Below, one piece after another: positions 21,951-31,955 of a stretch of 64,000 nt of DNA (position 1 is its first letter; every line of letters begins with the position of its first letter). The DNA comes from Epithemia pelagica. Its lineage: Eukaryota > Protista > Bacillariophyta. Under the pieces are notes generated by a model. It was not told the origin of the DNA. It worked only from the letters and a program-made list of their open reading frames with translations, and did not search any database. The stretch lies in contig OX337231.1 of the NCBI GenBank assembly GCA_946965045.2, forward strand, positions 1 to 64,000. Reading direction: 5' to 3'. The translations under genes and the position numbers were made by a program.

Positions 21951-24900
21951 TTATACTTTAGATTTTGCAAGGAAAGCCATGAATGTGCTTTTGCTTGTGT
22001 AGACTGTGGCCATGTAGTCTGCGAGTGAGCACTGAGCTTGTACAGATCCTGATATGAGGAGTCTTTTCAGTCGGTTCTTCAAGGGACAATTTGACAACGA
22101 ATGAGACTGGTACCATGGTCTCTCATGATAATCGAGACACTTGTAGCAAATCCTGCCTTTGTAATGGTTAGTCAAGAAATCACTGAACCGACAGTCCCTT
22201 CGAAAATGGTCTCCCCCGCAATTGAAACAACCCTTCGTCAAACAGGCATCACCTTGGCATTCTCTCCGACCACACACAAGACATCGTTCCTTCAAAGTCA
22301 TTAAGACAAGCATAGCATCATTTACTTGCGTAGAACGAATCTCTTCCTTTTGTTTGGCTTGGCTTCCAACTACTTTTACAGGGATCATTTTTTGCCTTCC
22401 AATACATACATCACATACGTTGCACTGTTCGTACGTCGAGCCAAATTTGCCAGCCAAAGATACAACCCGACACTTCCCTCTCTCAGTCTCCCAGTCCACA
22501 AGACCTTTTATGGTTCCAATTTGCATGTAATCTTGTTCGTTACTGGTATCAATAACACCAAGCTCTCTCAACCGATGGAAGTTCATCATCTCCTCCTTCT
22601 CCATTGCCGCTTGTCGTGTTGATGATAATTTGTTTGCAAATATCACAAAGGATGAAGTCCCAGTACGTTGTTTGGGACGAAGTCTTCCCAGTGCTTGAAC
22701 CACAGACATCAAGGAAAACAAATGGCCAACCACGACCACACAATGGCACTTTGGATTCTCGTTGCCCACCAATGCCACTGTTGAAGAAACTAGAATTGAT
22801 ATCGCTGAAGCCGACCATCTCTTGGCAATATCACGTTGCTTGCTCGTTGTTGTCTCCGATGTTACAAACTCCACGGGACCAAGGGACATTTCTTCCAAAC
22901 TTGCAACAACATCCATCCCAAGCTGCTTAGAAGCAACAATGACATGAATCCCATGTCCCAATCGAGTAAAAGAGTTCATGGTGGATTGAATAAAATCTTT
23001 GAATTTGTAACGAATAGCGACATCAACCACTACCGAGAACCGAAAACCAGATGGGAAGGAACCCAAAACCCTGTCGGAGTGCGAGATTGTCATGTCATCC
23101 AAGGTCCCCTTAGATAAGGCCAAATATTTCATTAATGGGGGAAGAAATCTCCGTGGCAAAGAACCACTCAAGGTCATAATGGGCACTTCATATTTTGCCA
23201 ACCGAGGCAAACATTCCAATCGTGTACGAAACCCAATTTCTGAGTAAATAGTGTGAATCTCATCCACAATGATCCTTCCCAGCTTTCCCGCCGTCACCCA
23301 CTCTTTTAGAATGAACGAGTGATTTCGTTCCAACACCCAAATCGCATCCAAGCTCATGAAGACGACATCGGGAAGGTTCTTCATATCAGAAATGACATCT
23401 GGTAATTCACCCAATGAGAAATCTGATGCTGTCAAAGTCACTGATCTGACATCAACTTTAGTCTGTTTCGCTGTAGATATCATACTCTCGTCATGATATC
23501 CCGCCAGGAATTTATAGGGAACAATGACTAGTGTTGTCTGTTGTTTGGTTCCATACAACCTCACCCCGGTTGTTGGCAAAATCCATGACATCGATTTACC
23601 CCCTCCACACGGCAAGCCAAAGTGACCATGTCTCTCATATTCCGAGCAAGTGTAGTGCAACATGTCCCGCTGCTGGTCGCAAGTGTAATTGGCAGCAGGC
23701 CCAAACAGTTTACGTAATGTGAGTAGTATCTGTTCGTCACTGAGTCCCTTCGCAATGACTGTCTCTTTCTGAACCAATTTTTCTCCCAAAGCCTTGTGGT
23801 ATATCATGAACAACTCCTCTTTCGTGTTTCCGGATAGAGATCCATAATGATCTCTATGGGTCCAATAACTATGACCCGACTGCTCTGCGACCATCTGAGT
23901 TGTATGCTGGTTATGTATTGCTGTCTCATCCACCTGGGGAAAAAGTACATTGGACACAGATGTCCACAAATGCCTGATTTGTGTACAGTCCGGGCGATCC
24001 TCAAACCCAAAGATGGTTGCCACAGCATCACCCATGTAGAATGCCCGATTATTTCTCACAGGAACAAGGCAACCAAGAGATTCATGGCGAAGTTCACATA
24101 GCACTCGAAAGACCATGTATGCTCGACTCAAGGTCATGCAAAGTTTGTGCTCAATCAAATTTTTACCTTTGTGGTGAACACTGAACGCTTTTTCACTGTG
24201 TGAGTAGTAATACACACAGCCTCCATGCCACCGCACGTCAGAAAACAGGCTACGAGAAATTTCAGTGTATCGCATGGACCCCAAACCTGTTCCATGAAAT
24301 GCCAATTCCAAATAGGAGGCAAGGACATCAATGTCGCAGAGATCATAGTCGTCCTGAAGAACAATATCCTCTTGGGAGTAATTACTGTGACCCGATGCCA
24401 AAGTCATTGTTGTCTTGCCCATAGAACTCCAACACACGAACAGTGGATATCGTCGATTCAGTAGATTCACCCAACGATTACCCTTGATCACCTTGCAAAG
24501 TGAAGCAACCAACTTGTCAAAGATGATCGGAATGACGTTCGACCATTTTTGAAACTTGAACATAAAACCATCAACAAGTATATCGTAGTTGTCTTGAAGG
24601 GACACTTTCCGTGAAGACGGTGTGAGCGACTCTCTCTCCCGCATACGCCGAATCGTACTTGCCAAAAAATTGACTGTGATGGAGTTTTGAACATTTTCCA
24701 CCAGCCGAGAAGCTTTCTCATGGTAGCCCCGTCCCATGAAGTATATCATTGAGCAAATACTGGCCCGAAGCATGGCCAAAATGGCTGACAGCATTGTCGC
24801 AATGTAGGAGGGACTCCAAACAGAAAGTGTCTCTGAACCTTCTTGCCCCCGGACAACTCTCCCTGCGCAGTAGGTCATGACTGTGGTATGATGCTGAACA

Positions 24901-25874
24901 GAATCCACTGTTTCTAAACAAAGCTTTGCCAGTAAAGAGGGAATATCTCTAGTGAGTGGCAGAAGTTTGTGGTTGCTTTGACACAGGAACGAGAGCAATT
25001 TCTTGAACTCGGGGAGAAGTCTTTTGGGGTATGCAGTGAAGGTGAAAGTAGAAATTGCATTGGGACTTCTTGCTCCATCAAAGACCAACAGCCTTGATCG
25101 GTAATTTGCTGGAACCATCTGGACATGGAGGGCAGCCTGTGCTGTGAGCCAGTTTTCTCCTTGATGGTACAACAAATCAAAGAGTGGTTGATTGTCGATG
25201 ATGTGTTTCAAGTTGATGGAGTCATATAAGAAATGCACTCGTTCCTTGAATGACCTTCCCTTGGGCCTGGATGGGTAAGGTTCGTCTTGGGCCAAGGGAT
25301 GGAAAAGGGGTACGAAACACCCCATCATATCGGGGAGTACATGAAGAGTTGCTTGTAGTTGTGTGCTTGTTTTGAGTGAAGGGGCTTCTTGACAGGAATA
25401 CTTGATCTGTAATGCCTTGAGGGAAATCATACGGCCACAGGTACTGATTTGTAGTTCCTCTTCTGTAGGGGAGGGAGCACCGCAGGTACGACCCGAGGAC
25501 AAATGTCTGTACACATTTTGAAGTTTCAAGCTCCCAACAAGACAATGACATGAATAGCCCTTGACCTTTTCCCCCGTCATATATTGAGAGACACTTGAAA
25601 TGTCTTGCATAACACCTTGAAGGAGGGTCATTTGATGTTTTATCAGTGTCTGGCTTTCAGAACGTGAGACAGACACACCATGGCCATTAAGGTGCCTTTG
25701 CATGGACCATAGACTGGTTCCGAACGGTTTCCCACATAGGCGACATCCCATACCAAAGGGGGTCACTAGCGTGACATCGACAGCCTGTAGTTTGTCCTCT
25801 TCCTTTTTTTTCTTCGTTGGTCTCCTCCTTGATGGAGAAGGAGTCCCTGGCCCATTATTAGAGGGGGAAGCCAT
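21951..25874 (-). CDS. Intact 1307-aa Zn-finger / tyrosine-recombinase-like / RecQ-type helicase / Zn-knuckle protein (telomere-linked helicase-like, subfamily B)
   Basis: N-terminal CRLC..QRHLNGH. YR-like GTGLGSMRYTEI, EHKL, CTQIRHLW and EQSGHSYWTHRDHYG. Helicase motifs I LPCGGGKS, Ia VIVPY, II IIVDEIH, III TLSGS, V ILVSST and VI QALGR. RecQ Zn motif CRV..CNVCDVC and knuckle CFNCGGDHFRRDC. Confidence 0.9.
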   Translation of the reverse strand: MASPSNNGPGTPSPSRRRPTKKKKEEDKLQAVDVTLVTPFGMGCRLCGKPFGTSLWSMQRHLNGHGVSVSRSESQTLIKHQMTLLQGVMQDISSVSQYMTGEKVKGYSCHCLVGSLKLQNVYRHLSSGRTCGAPSPTEEELQISTCGRMISLKALQIKYSCQEAPSLKTSTQLQATLHVLPDMMGCFVPLFHPLAQDEPYPSRPKGRSFKERVHFLYDSINLKHIIDNQPLFDLLYHQGENWLTAQAALHVQMVPANYRSRLLVFDGARSPNAISTFTFTAYPKRLLPEFKKLLSFLCQSNHKLLPLTRDIPSLLAKLCLETVDSVQHHTTVMTYCAGRVVRGQEGSETLSVWSPSYIATMLSAILAMLRASICSMIYFMGRGYHEKASRLVENVQNSITVNFLASTIRRMRERESLTPSSRKVSLQDNYDILVDGFMFKFQKWSNVIPIIFDKLVASLCKVIKGNRWVNLLNRRYPLFVCWSSMGKTTMTLASGHSNYSQEDIVLQDDYDLCDIDVLASYLELAFHGTGLGSMRYTEISRSLFSDVRWHGGCVYYYSHSEKAFSVHHKGKNLIEHKLCMTLSRAYMVFRVLCELRHESLGCLVPVRNNRAFYMGDAVATIFGFEDRPDCTQIRHLWTSVSNVLFPQVDETAIHNQHTTQMVAEQSGHSYWTHRDHYGSLSGNTKEELFMIYHKALGEKLVQKETVIAKGLSDEQILLTLRKLFGPAANYTCDQQRDMLHYTCSEYERHGHFGLPCGGGKSMSWILPTTGVRLYGTKQQTTLVIVPYKFLAGYHDESMISTAKQTKVDVRSVTLTASDFSLGELPDVISDMKNLPDVVFMSLDAIWVLERNHSFILKEWVTAGKLGRIIVDEIHTIYSEIGFRTRLECLPRLAKYEVPIMTLSGSLPRRFLPPLMKYLALSKGTLDDMTISHSDRVLGSFPSGFRFSVVVDVAIRYKFKDFIQSTMNSFTRLGHGIHVIVASKQLGMDVVASLEEMSLGPVEFVTSETTTSKQRDIAKRWSASAISILVSSTVALVGNENPKCHCVVVVGHLFSLMSVVQALGRLRPKQRTGTSSFVIFANKLSSTRQAAMEKEEMMNFHRLRELGVIDTSNEQDYMQIGTIKGLVDWETERGKCRVVSLAGKFGSTYEQCNVCDVCIGRQKMIPVKVVGSQAKQKEEIRSTQVNDAMLVLMTLKERCLVCGRRECQGDACLTKGCFNCGGDHFRRDCRFSDFLTNHYKGRICYKCLDYHERPWYQSHSLSNCPLKNRLKRLLISGSVQAQCSLADYMATVYTSKSTFMAFLAKSKV

Positions 25875-26523
25875 TGTCGATAGAGGTTTTGCTGAGAGTG
25901 TTCAAGAGACATCTTTCATCGTTCATCAAAGAAAGGGAGTGATGACCCTTTGCAGAATTGCATTGGGCCCAATTTACTGGACGAATGATAGGTAGGTACA
26001 AAGAACTAGAGGCATAAACTAGGAATGGTCAAAATGGGATTTTGATGAGAACTAGTGATGGGTGAAATGAGATTTTTCTGTGAAATGCCAGCGTCATTTG
26101 GCGGGAAAAAGATTGTACAAAAAAATTAGTTGGTCATTTGTGTACAAATATATGTCACTTGTACACACATATTAGCTGGTTTGTTGTAACAAGGAAATTT
26201 TGTACAGCAAAGCAAGGGAAATTCAATCTTACGTTGATTCTTCTATGTAGAGTAGGGCGAGACAAAAACCTAACTGGCAGAGCTCTGAAAAGTATTTGGC
26301 CAGTATAGAGCATATTGAATATGACTGCTTTTGGGGAGTGGTCAAAGGGGCATAGACAAGGCCACTGCTCAATCGCAACAAAGGCATAACAAATTGCAGC
26401 TCATCCGCAACAAATCCTTGCTCATATGCAACAGGCACTATAGGATTTTGTGCTCATATGCACACGTTCAAATTCTACGGTCTCTAGTACTAAAAGCTCC
26501 AAAAAAGTGAAATATCCTTAGGG

Positions 26524-27284
26524 CATGGTGTTTCTTCAGTAGAATCTGATTTTCTGACCGGGACACAGAGACACCATGTGGGTTGAGATGTCTCTGCATC
26601 GACCACAGACTTGATCCAAAGGGCTTGCCGCATTGTTTACACCCCATACCAAAGGGGGTTACAAGGGTCACCTGCAGACATGATACCTTGCTCTCTGCTG
26701 TCTTTGTTTTCTTGCACGGTCGCCTTCGTGAAGGTGATGGAGTGCCTGGCCCAACATTCACAGGGGGAGCCATTGTCACCAGTCTTTGTGAGTATCAGAG
26801 ACGGTGTGACCAGACAGGCCCAAGCAAAGGTCATTGACAACAAATAGTGCTTCGAAAAAGGCCCAAAGCAATGTTGTCCACATAGGCCCAAAGAGAAATC
26901 ATTCTTGTAGCAAAACAGGCCCTACGCAAGGTGATTCCACAAAAATCCTAACTTTTGCTTTTTTCGTGTACAAGAAGTATTCTTCTACAGACTTTTCGCT
27001 TTCCCGCCAAAAAAGCAAAAATCTAGCGCTAGTACCTTTATGAGCCAATGAACAAGTATGGCCATATTGAATATGACCACTTGAGAAGTAAATAGAGGGC
27101 ATAGGTAAATTCCTGGCTCAATCGCAACGGGGGTTATGAAAAATTGCAGCTCATCTGCAAAATGAGCATAACAAATTTGCTCATATGCAACAAAGCACTA
27201 TAGGATATTCTGCTCATATGCACACGTTCAAATCCTACGGTCTCTAGTACTAAAACATGCCAAAAAAGGGGAAAATACTTAGGG
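26524..27284 (-). mobile_element. YR-RecQ unit, beta' terminus, with the first ~85 codons of subfamily E gene (26524-26779)
   Basis: Terminus CCCTAAGTATTTTCCCC. ORF MAPPVNVGPGTPSPSRRRP..CKQC..QRHLNPH is cut at the 26523 junction. Confidence 0.8.
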
Positions 27285-28852
27285 CCCAGTACGGACAATG
27301 ACCCTGCGGTGTCCTTATGCTGCAAAGTCCGGCCAACCGCATAAGTCATGAGCATAGTATGGTGCCTGACAGAGTCAGGTGTCTCGAGACACAGATCAAC
27401 AAGTAATGACTGTAAGTCACATTCTCTCTTCATAATGGATGGCTGCTGCTTGTGGATGAAGCACAACAATTTCTTGAGCTCTGGAACAAGTCGGTTTGGA
27501 AACTTGGTGAATGTGTAGGTCGTATTTGCTCCAGCATGTGACCCACTTTCCCTTGTACCATCAAATACCAAAAGCTTCGACCGAAAATTTGCTGGGACCA
27601 TTTTCACATGAATTGGAGCGCCATGCAACAACCACTTCTCTCCAAAATCATAGAAAAACTTGAGTATGGGTTCGTTGACTTCATCTTTGCCGGTAGTGGT
27701 TGTCAGAGAAAGCAAATTTTCCATCCGTTCTTGAAAGGTTGCTCCATCTGGCTTGGAAGAGTAGTGTTCCTCCTGCGCCAATGGATGAAACAAAGGAACA
27801 AAACAATCAACCATCTCCTCAGATACCATATGGAAAGTTTGGGTGACCGCTCTCTTTGTTTTCAAGATTGGATCCTCTTGGGAATATTTCATACTGACAG
27901 CAGTCATAGATACCAGCCTCCCACAAGAAGTGACCTGTAATTGTTCCCTCTCAGGCCCAATGGCTCCACAGGAGTAAGGCGAGGAGAGATGACGCATAAC
28001 ATTGCTGAGTCTTGTCCAACCAACAAGACACCTGCAGGAATATCCAAGAACAGACCTCCCCGTGAAGAAGTTTTTTGCTGTATGAGGGTCTTCTTGCAAA
28101 ATTTGCTAAAGGGACTGTTTTCTTGCAACAAGGAGTCGATTGTCAGTTGCTGAGACACAGACTCCATGTTGATTTAGATGCCGCTGCATGGACCAAAGAC
28201 TTTCTCCGAATGATTTCTTGCATATGCCGCATCCCATACCAAAGGGTGTCACAATTGTAGCATCTTAACATGACAAGCCAATGCTCTGATCGGAACGGAT
28301 CTTCTTCACAGGCGGTCTCCGGGATGGAGATGGCGTTCCAGGCCCATTGTTGGTAGCCATTGCTGGTTTCCTCGTGTGCATGGAACAGAGGAAGAGACAT
28401 AACCAGCCGACTCTCAAGCAAAAGCAAGGATGGGCCTCTTTGCAAGAGTCATAATTCATGAAACAACAATGACCTTTTGTTGGGCCAATTGAGGTTTTCA
28501 GGTGAAGATGTTGGGCCTATTGAGGTTTTCAGGTGAAGATGTTTGGCGCGAAGGGGCACGCAGGCGAGCTTTTCGCGCCAAAGAATGGGGGAACAACTAA
28601 GAGTGCGGTAATGGTTAGTAATGAATGAAATTAAGAACTCATATTGAATATGAGTGCTTAGAACTTAGACTTGAGCGGGGCATAGACATTCTGTGCTCAT
28701 CTGCACAAGGGGCAGTGCTCTTTTGCAACAAAAGGCATATATATCAGTGCTCATATGCACAGATACTATAGCCCCTTGTGCTCATATGCACACGTTCAAA
28801 TCCTACGGTGTCTAGTACTAAAGACACCCAAAAAAGGCAAATATCCTTAGGG
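27285..28852 (-). mobile_element. YR-RecQ unit, beta terminus, 5' fragment of subfamily A pseudogene
   Basis: Near-identical to 14654-16225. In-frame stops at about 28265 and 28105. Confidence 0.85.
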
Positions 28853-31800
28853 TTCTCTCCCGAGAGATAATCCGACAATCTGTGATATGCAGAACCACTC
28901 AAATCGAGGAAGTCCATCAATTTCTGACCAAAACTCATCGAAATACTTCCAGACATCAGTGTTACGGCGACTCCAAGTGCAGATATTTCGGGCAAGTCAT
29001 CCCGTGCAAACCAGTTGGGCCAATTCTCATGACATAGATCGTTCTTTGCCAACATCTCGACGCATAAACCATCATGCAAACCCAAAGTTTGTGATGCCTT
29101 TTCCAAGAGGGCTTTGACTTTGACCATTTGATAGCTAGCCAAGAAGTTGTAGGGCACAAGAAACATGTTGGTCGAAGTCTTCAGTCCTCGAATGGATTCC
29201 ACCACACAACGCACCAAGATGTTCATGGTTTTGCCCGATCCACAAGGTTGAAGCATAAGTTTATGTCTTCCCGGTGAATTGGTGCACATATCAATTGCTG
29301 TTTCTTGATTGCCTCGGAATGTTGCCTCTTCATTACCCAACAACAATTGTAATGCTTCTAACCGATGCTGACGCCTTGTTATTGTCAGCTGATGGCATAC
29401 CGAGTCCACGATCATACATTTGGTACCGATGTAACGATGAAATCGGGCATAGTAGATCTCATGACTGTTGCTCACGCGTGTCTGGTAGTTGGACATTGCA
29501 GTCTGTTGGGAGTGCTTACTCAACTCACTCAATGCTGTTGAAGAGACCAATGCCTGACTGTTGCTGTCTGGAAAGAGCAAGTTCATAAGAGAAGTCCAGA
29601 ACTGTCGAACAACCACCGAACCAGGACGATTATCCAAGCTGAAAATCTCTTGGGCAACATCCTCAAAGAAAAACCTCCGGTCATTACCATATTGTGGAAA
29701 AAATCTCCTTGCATTGGGCCCATTCCAAACTTTCAGCACCACAACTCTGTAGAGAAATAGACACCTTGCTATGATCCGAGGCATCTTGTGTTCAACGGGG
29801 GGTCGATCATAAGCTTGCAGTTTGGGTTGTTTACGACTCGGTGCAGAAACATATAAATCTTGGTAGTTTGTATTTTTCCACCGAAGCTGAGTCACATCGA
29901 GACAATGGACCTCTGAGAACCGATCTGCACCACAGCCAAATCCGTGGATGGCAAAATCCATCAAGGCAGTTAGTCGTTCGAACTGACTTTTCACCAGCTC
30001 CTTGCATTCCAAATCTTGTGTGTTGGTACCATCTGGCAGCGATCCCAAACCCTTGGACCACTCCACAATAGTCAAGTCACCATCTAAGCAGAGGAATTTC
30101 TCGTATGCCTTTCCGACAAAGCATGCATCAAAAATACCATGGGCCTTTTCCACAACCGTAGGAACGACCTTAGACCAATGTGCTTTTTGGAATGCATGTC
30201 CATCAACAATGATATTGAAGAACTCATCGACCACAACCTCCCTTTTAGGAGGCTTCTCTTGATATTGCTTCCTCCTAGAATAAATCTTAGGACAGAGAAA
30301 GTGTATTGTAGGACAATGTCTGTACCATTCCATGACCTGCTCGACCAACTTGCCCTGCCCATCGTAGTATTTTAAGCCAGCCGCAACCCCACAGCGAAGC
30401 AGATGTAAAAGGTCAGCTAGAAAGAGATGAAAGAAGACATGAGATTTGAACAACCAAGTATATTCATTGACAGGGGGAAAGGGGGACTCACCGAGTTCTT
30501 GAGCGGCAACTCCACATGATTTCAACCTCAAGCCATTCTTCGTCTTAGTGAACAACCTCTGCCGAGAGAACAGTAACACTACCCCTGAGTCGGACCAAGA
30601 AGAAATCTCACTGTCGAGTACCAACTCTGTCAGGAGTGACCCAAGAACACAATTTTGGAATGCAGTGTCCACAGAGAATCCATCACCTTCAACCTGGCGG
30701 CAAAAATAGTCCCATCTCTTCCACTGCCTCTGATGCAGGAAACACAAGAGAGAGAGGAGTAGAGGTTTCACTCGTTTGTCATAATCACGTCGATGGCTGA
30801 AATTCCATGAGTGATCCACATCACCATCATGGAAAGCAAACTTAGCAATCTGACTCCGAATGTCTGCTGGAATCCCCATTACGATCGAAGCCATCCTGTC
30901 CAGAAGGTAACAACCAACCTGATAGAGTCGGTTGATTGCAGTGTTATTTCCTCTCTTATGATACTCGGCTTCAAACATAATTCCTTGTTCAATGTCTCCA
31001 AGGGCATTCTCCAACGTGCCAGGAATCATATTACTCAGTACATCGGGCCACCTTCCCAAAGTGTCGCTTGGATGCAATAATGGTTCAATCGAACTTGCAA
31101 ACTTGTTGGGTAACCTGCTGCAGGGCAGCGGCATGGTAAATGTTGAATTCTCAACTTGAATTATTGGGGTCCAGTTGGTTTCTTGCTGCATGGTTTCTCT
31201 TTGGGGCCTTGGCATGAAGCAGCCACACTTCAGCTTGAGGAAAGTCTTGGCAATGACTTTGGCACTAGCGCAACAACCAGCAACGTGCTTCTCGCACAAA
31301 AGCTTCACATGAAACATCTTGTCACAGTCACTACAGAAATACTTGATTCTTGTATCATTTGACTCATGAATGAAACAATCAAACGGTTGGTTGTTGGCAT
31401 TCTCCACAAGAGTGTGTATTTTGTTACCAAGATGTCTCCCAGGAAAGCGAAAGGACACCCCATGAATTTTGGAGCAGGTCTTGGCGTGGCGGGCAAGACA
31501 CTTCATGTTTGCTCGGAAACCACCACCACAGAGCTTACAGACCAAGCCACAGGGTGTGGCAAAGTCCACAAGCCCCAAGTAATCGTCAAACTCCATGGTG
31601 GCTGTTGTCGTTCCTACGGTCAAAATAGGTTTGGGACGTATGACCCTTTGCAGCCAAAAAAGAGGCCCTAAAGAGGGTCATTCACCTCAAAAACTGAAAA
31701 GGCCCTAACACCAGAGATCATTCACCTCAAAATCTTTGAGCGACAAGAAGGAATATGGTTTACTATGGAGAGTTAATGTAGGTTTGCAAATCGACCTTCT

Positions 31801-31955
31801 TGTGGTCGAAATCGACCTTTTTGTGGTCGCACTAAAATTTCGCACGCAACAATACAGTGATTCAAAATTGACCTTTTTGTGGTCGCGCATGTGATTCTAC
31901 AGAATGAGCTTAGTGCGCACGACAAAAAGGTCGATTTCTAGCAAAACCCTTAGGG
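28853..31955 (-). mobile_element. YR-RecQ unit, delta terminus, subfamily F gene (31623 to 28853, defective)
   Basis: Terminus CCCTAAGGGTTTTGC at 31955 with CGACC-N6-GGTCG repeats. ORF has GADRFSEV, VVRQFWTS, SKHSQQTAMSNY and QPCGSGKT but lacks helicase motif II. Predicted intron 30417-30491. Confidence 0.8.

Larger units (their letters stand above)
19210..26523 (-). mobile_element. YR-RecQ telomeric element, most complete unit (beta'' terminus, subfamily B gene, satellite, telomere)
   Basis: Terminus CCCTAAGGATATTTCAC at 26523 on the minus strand, followed by an intact ORF, the satellite and the telomere. Confidence 0.85.

Noticed and set aside
21951-25874. Interpretation as AcademH or Helitron
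   Set aside because: No DDE transposase, TIR or TSD as in Academ; no HUH Rep motifs, and the helicase is SF2/RecQ rather than the PIF1-like SF1 of Helitrons.
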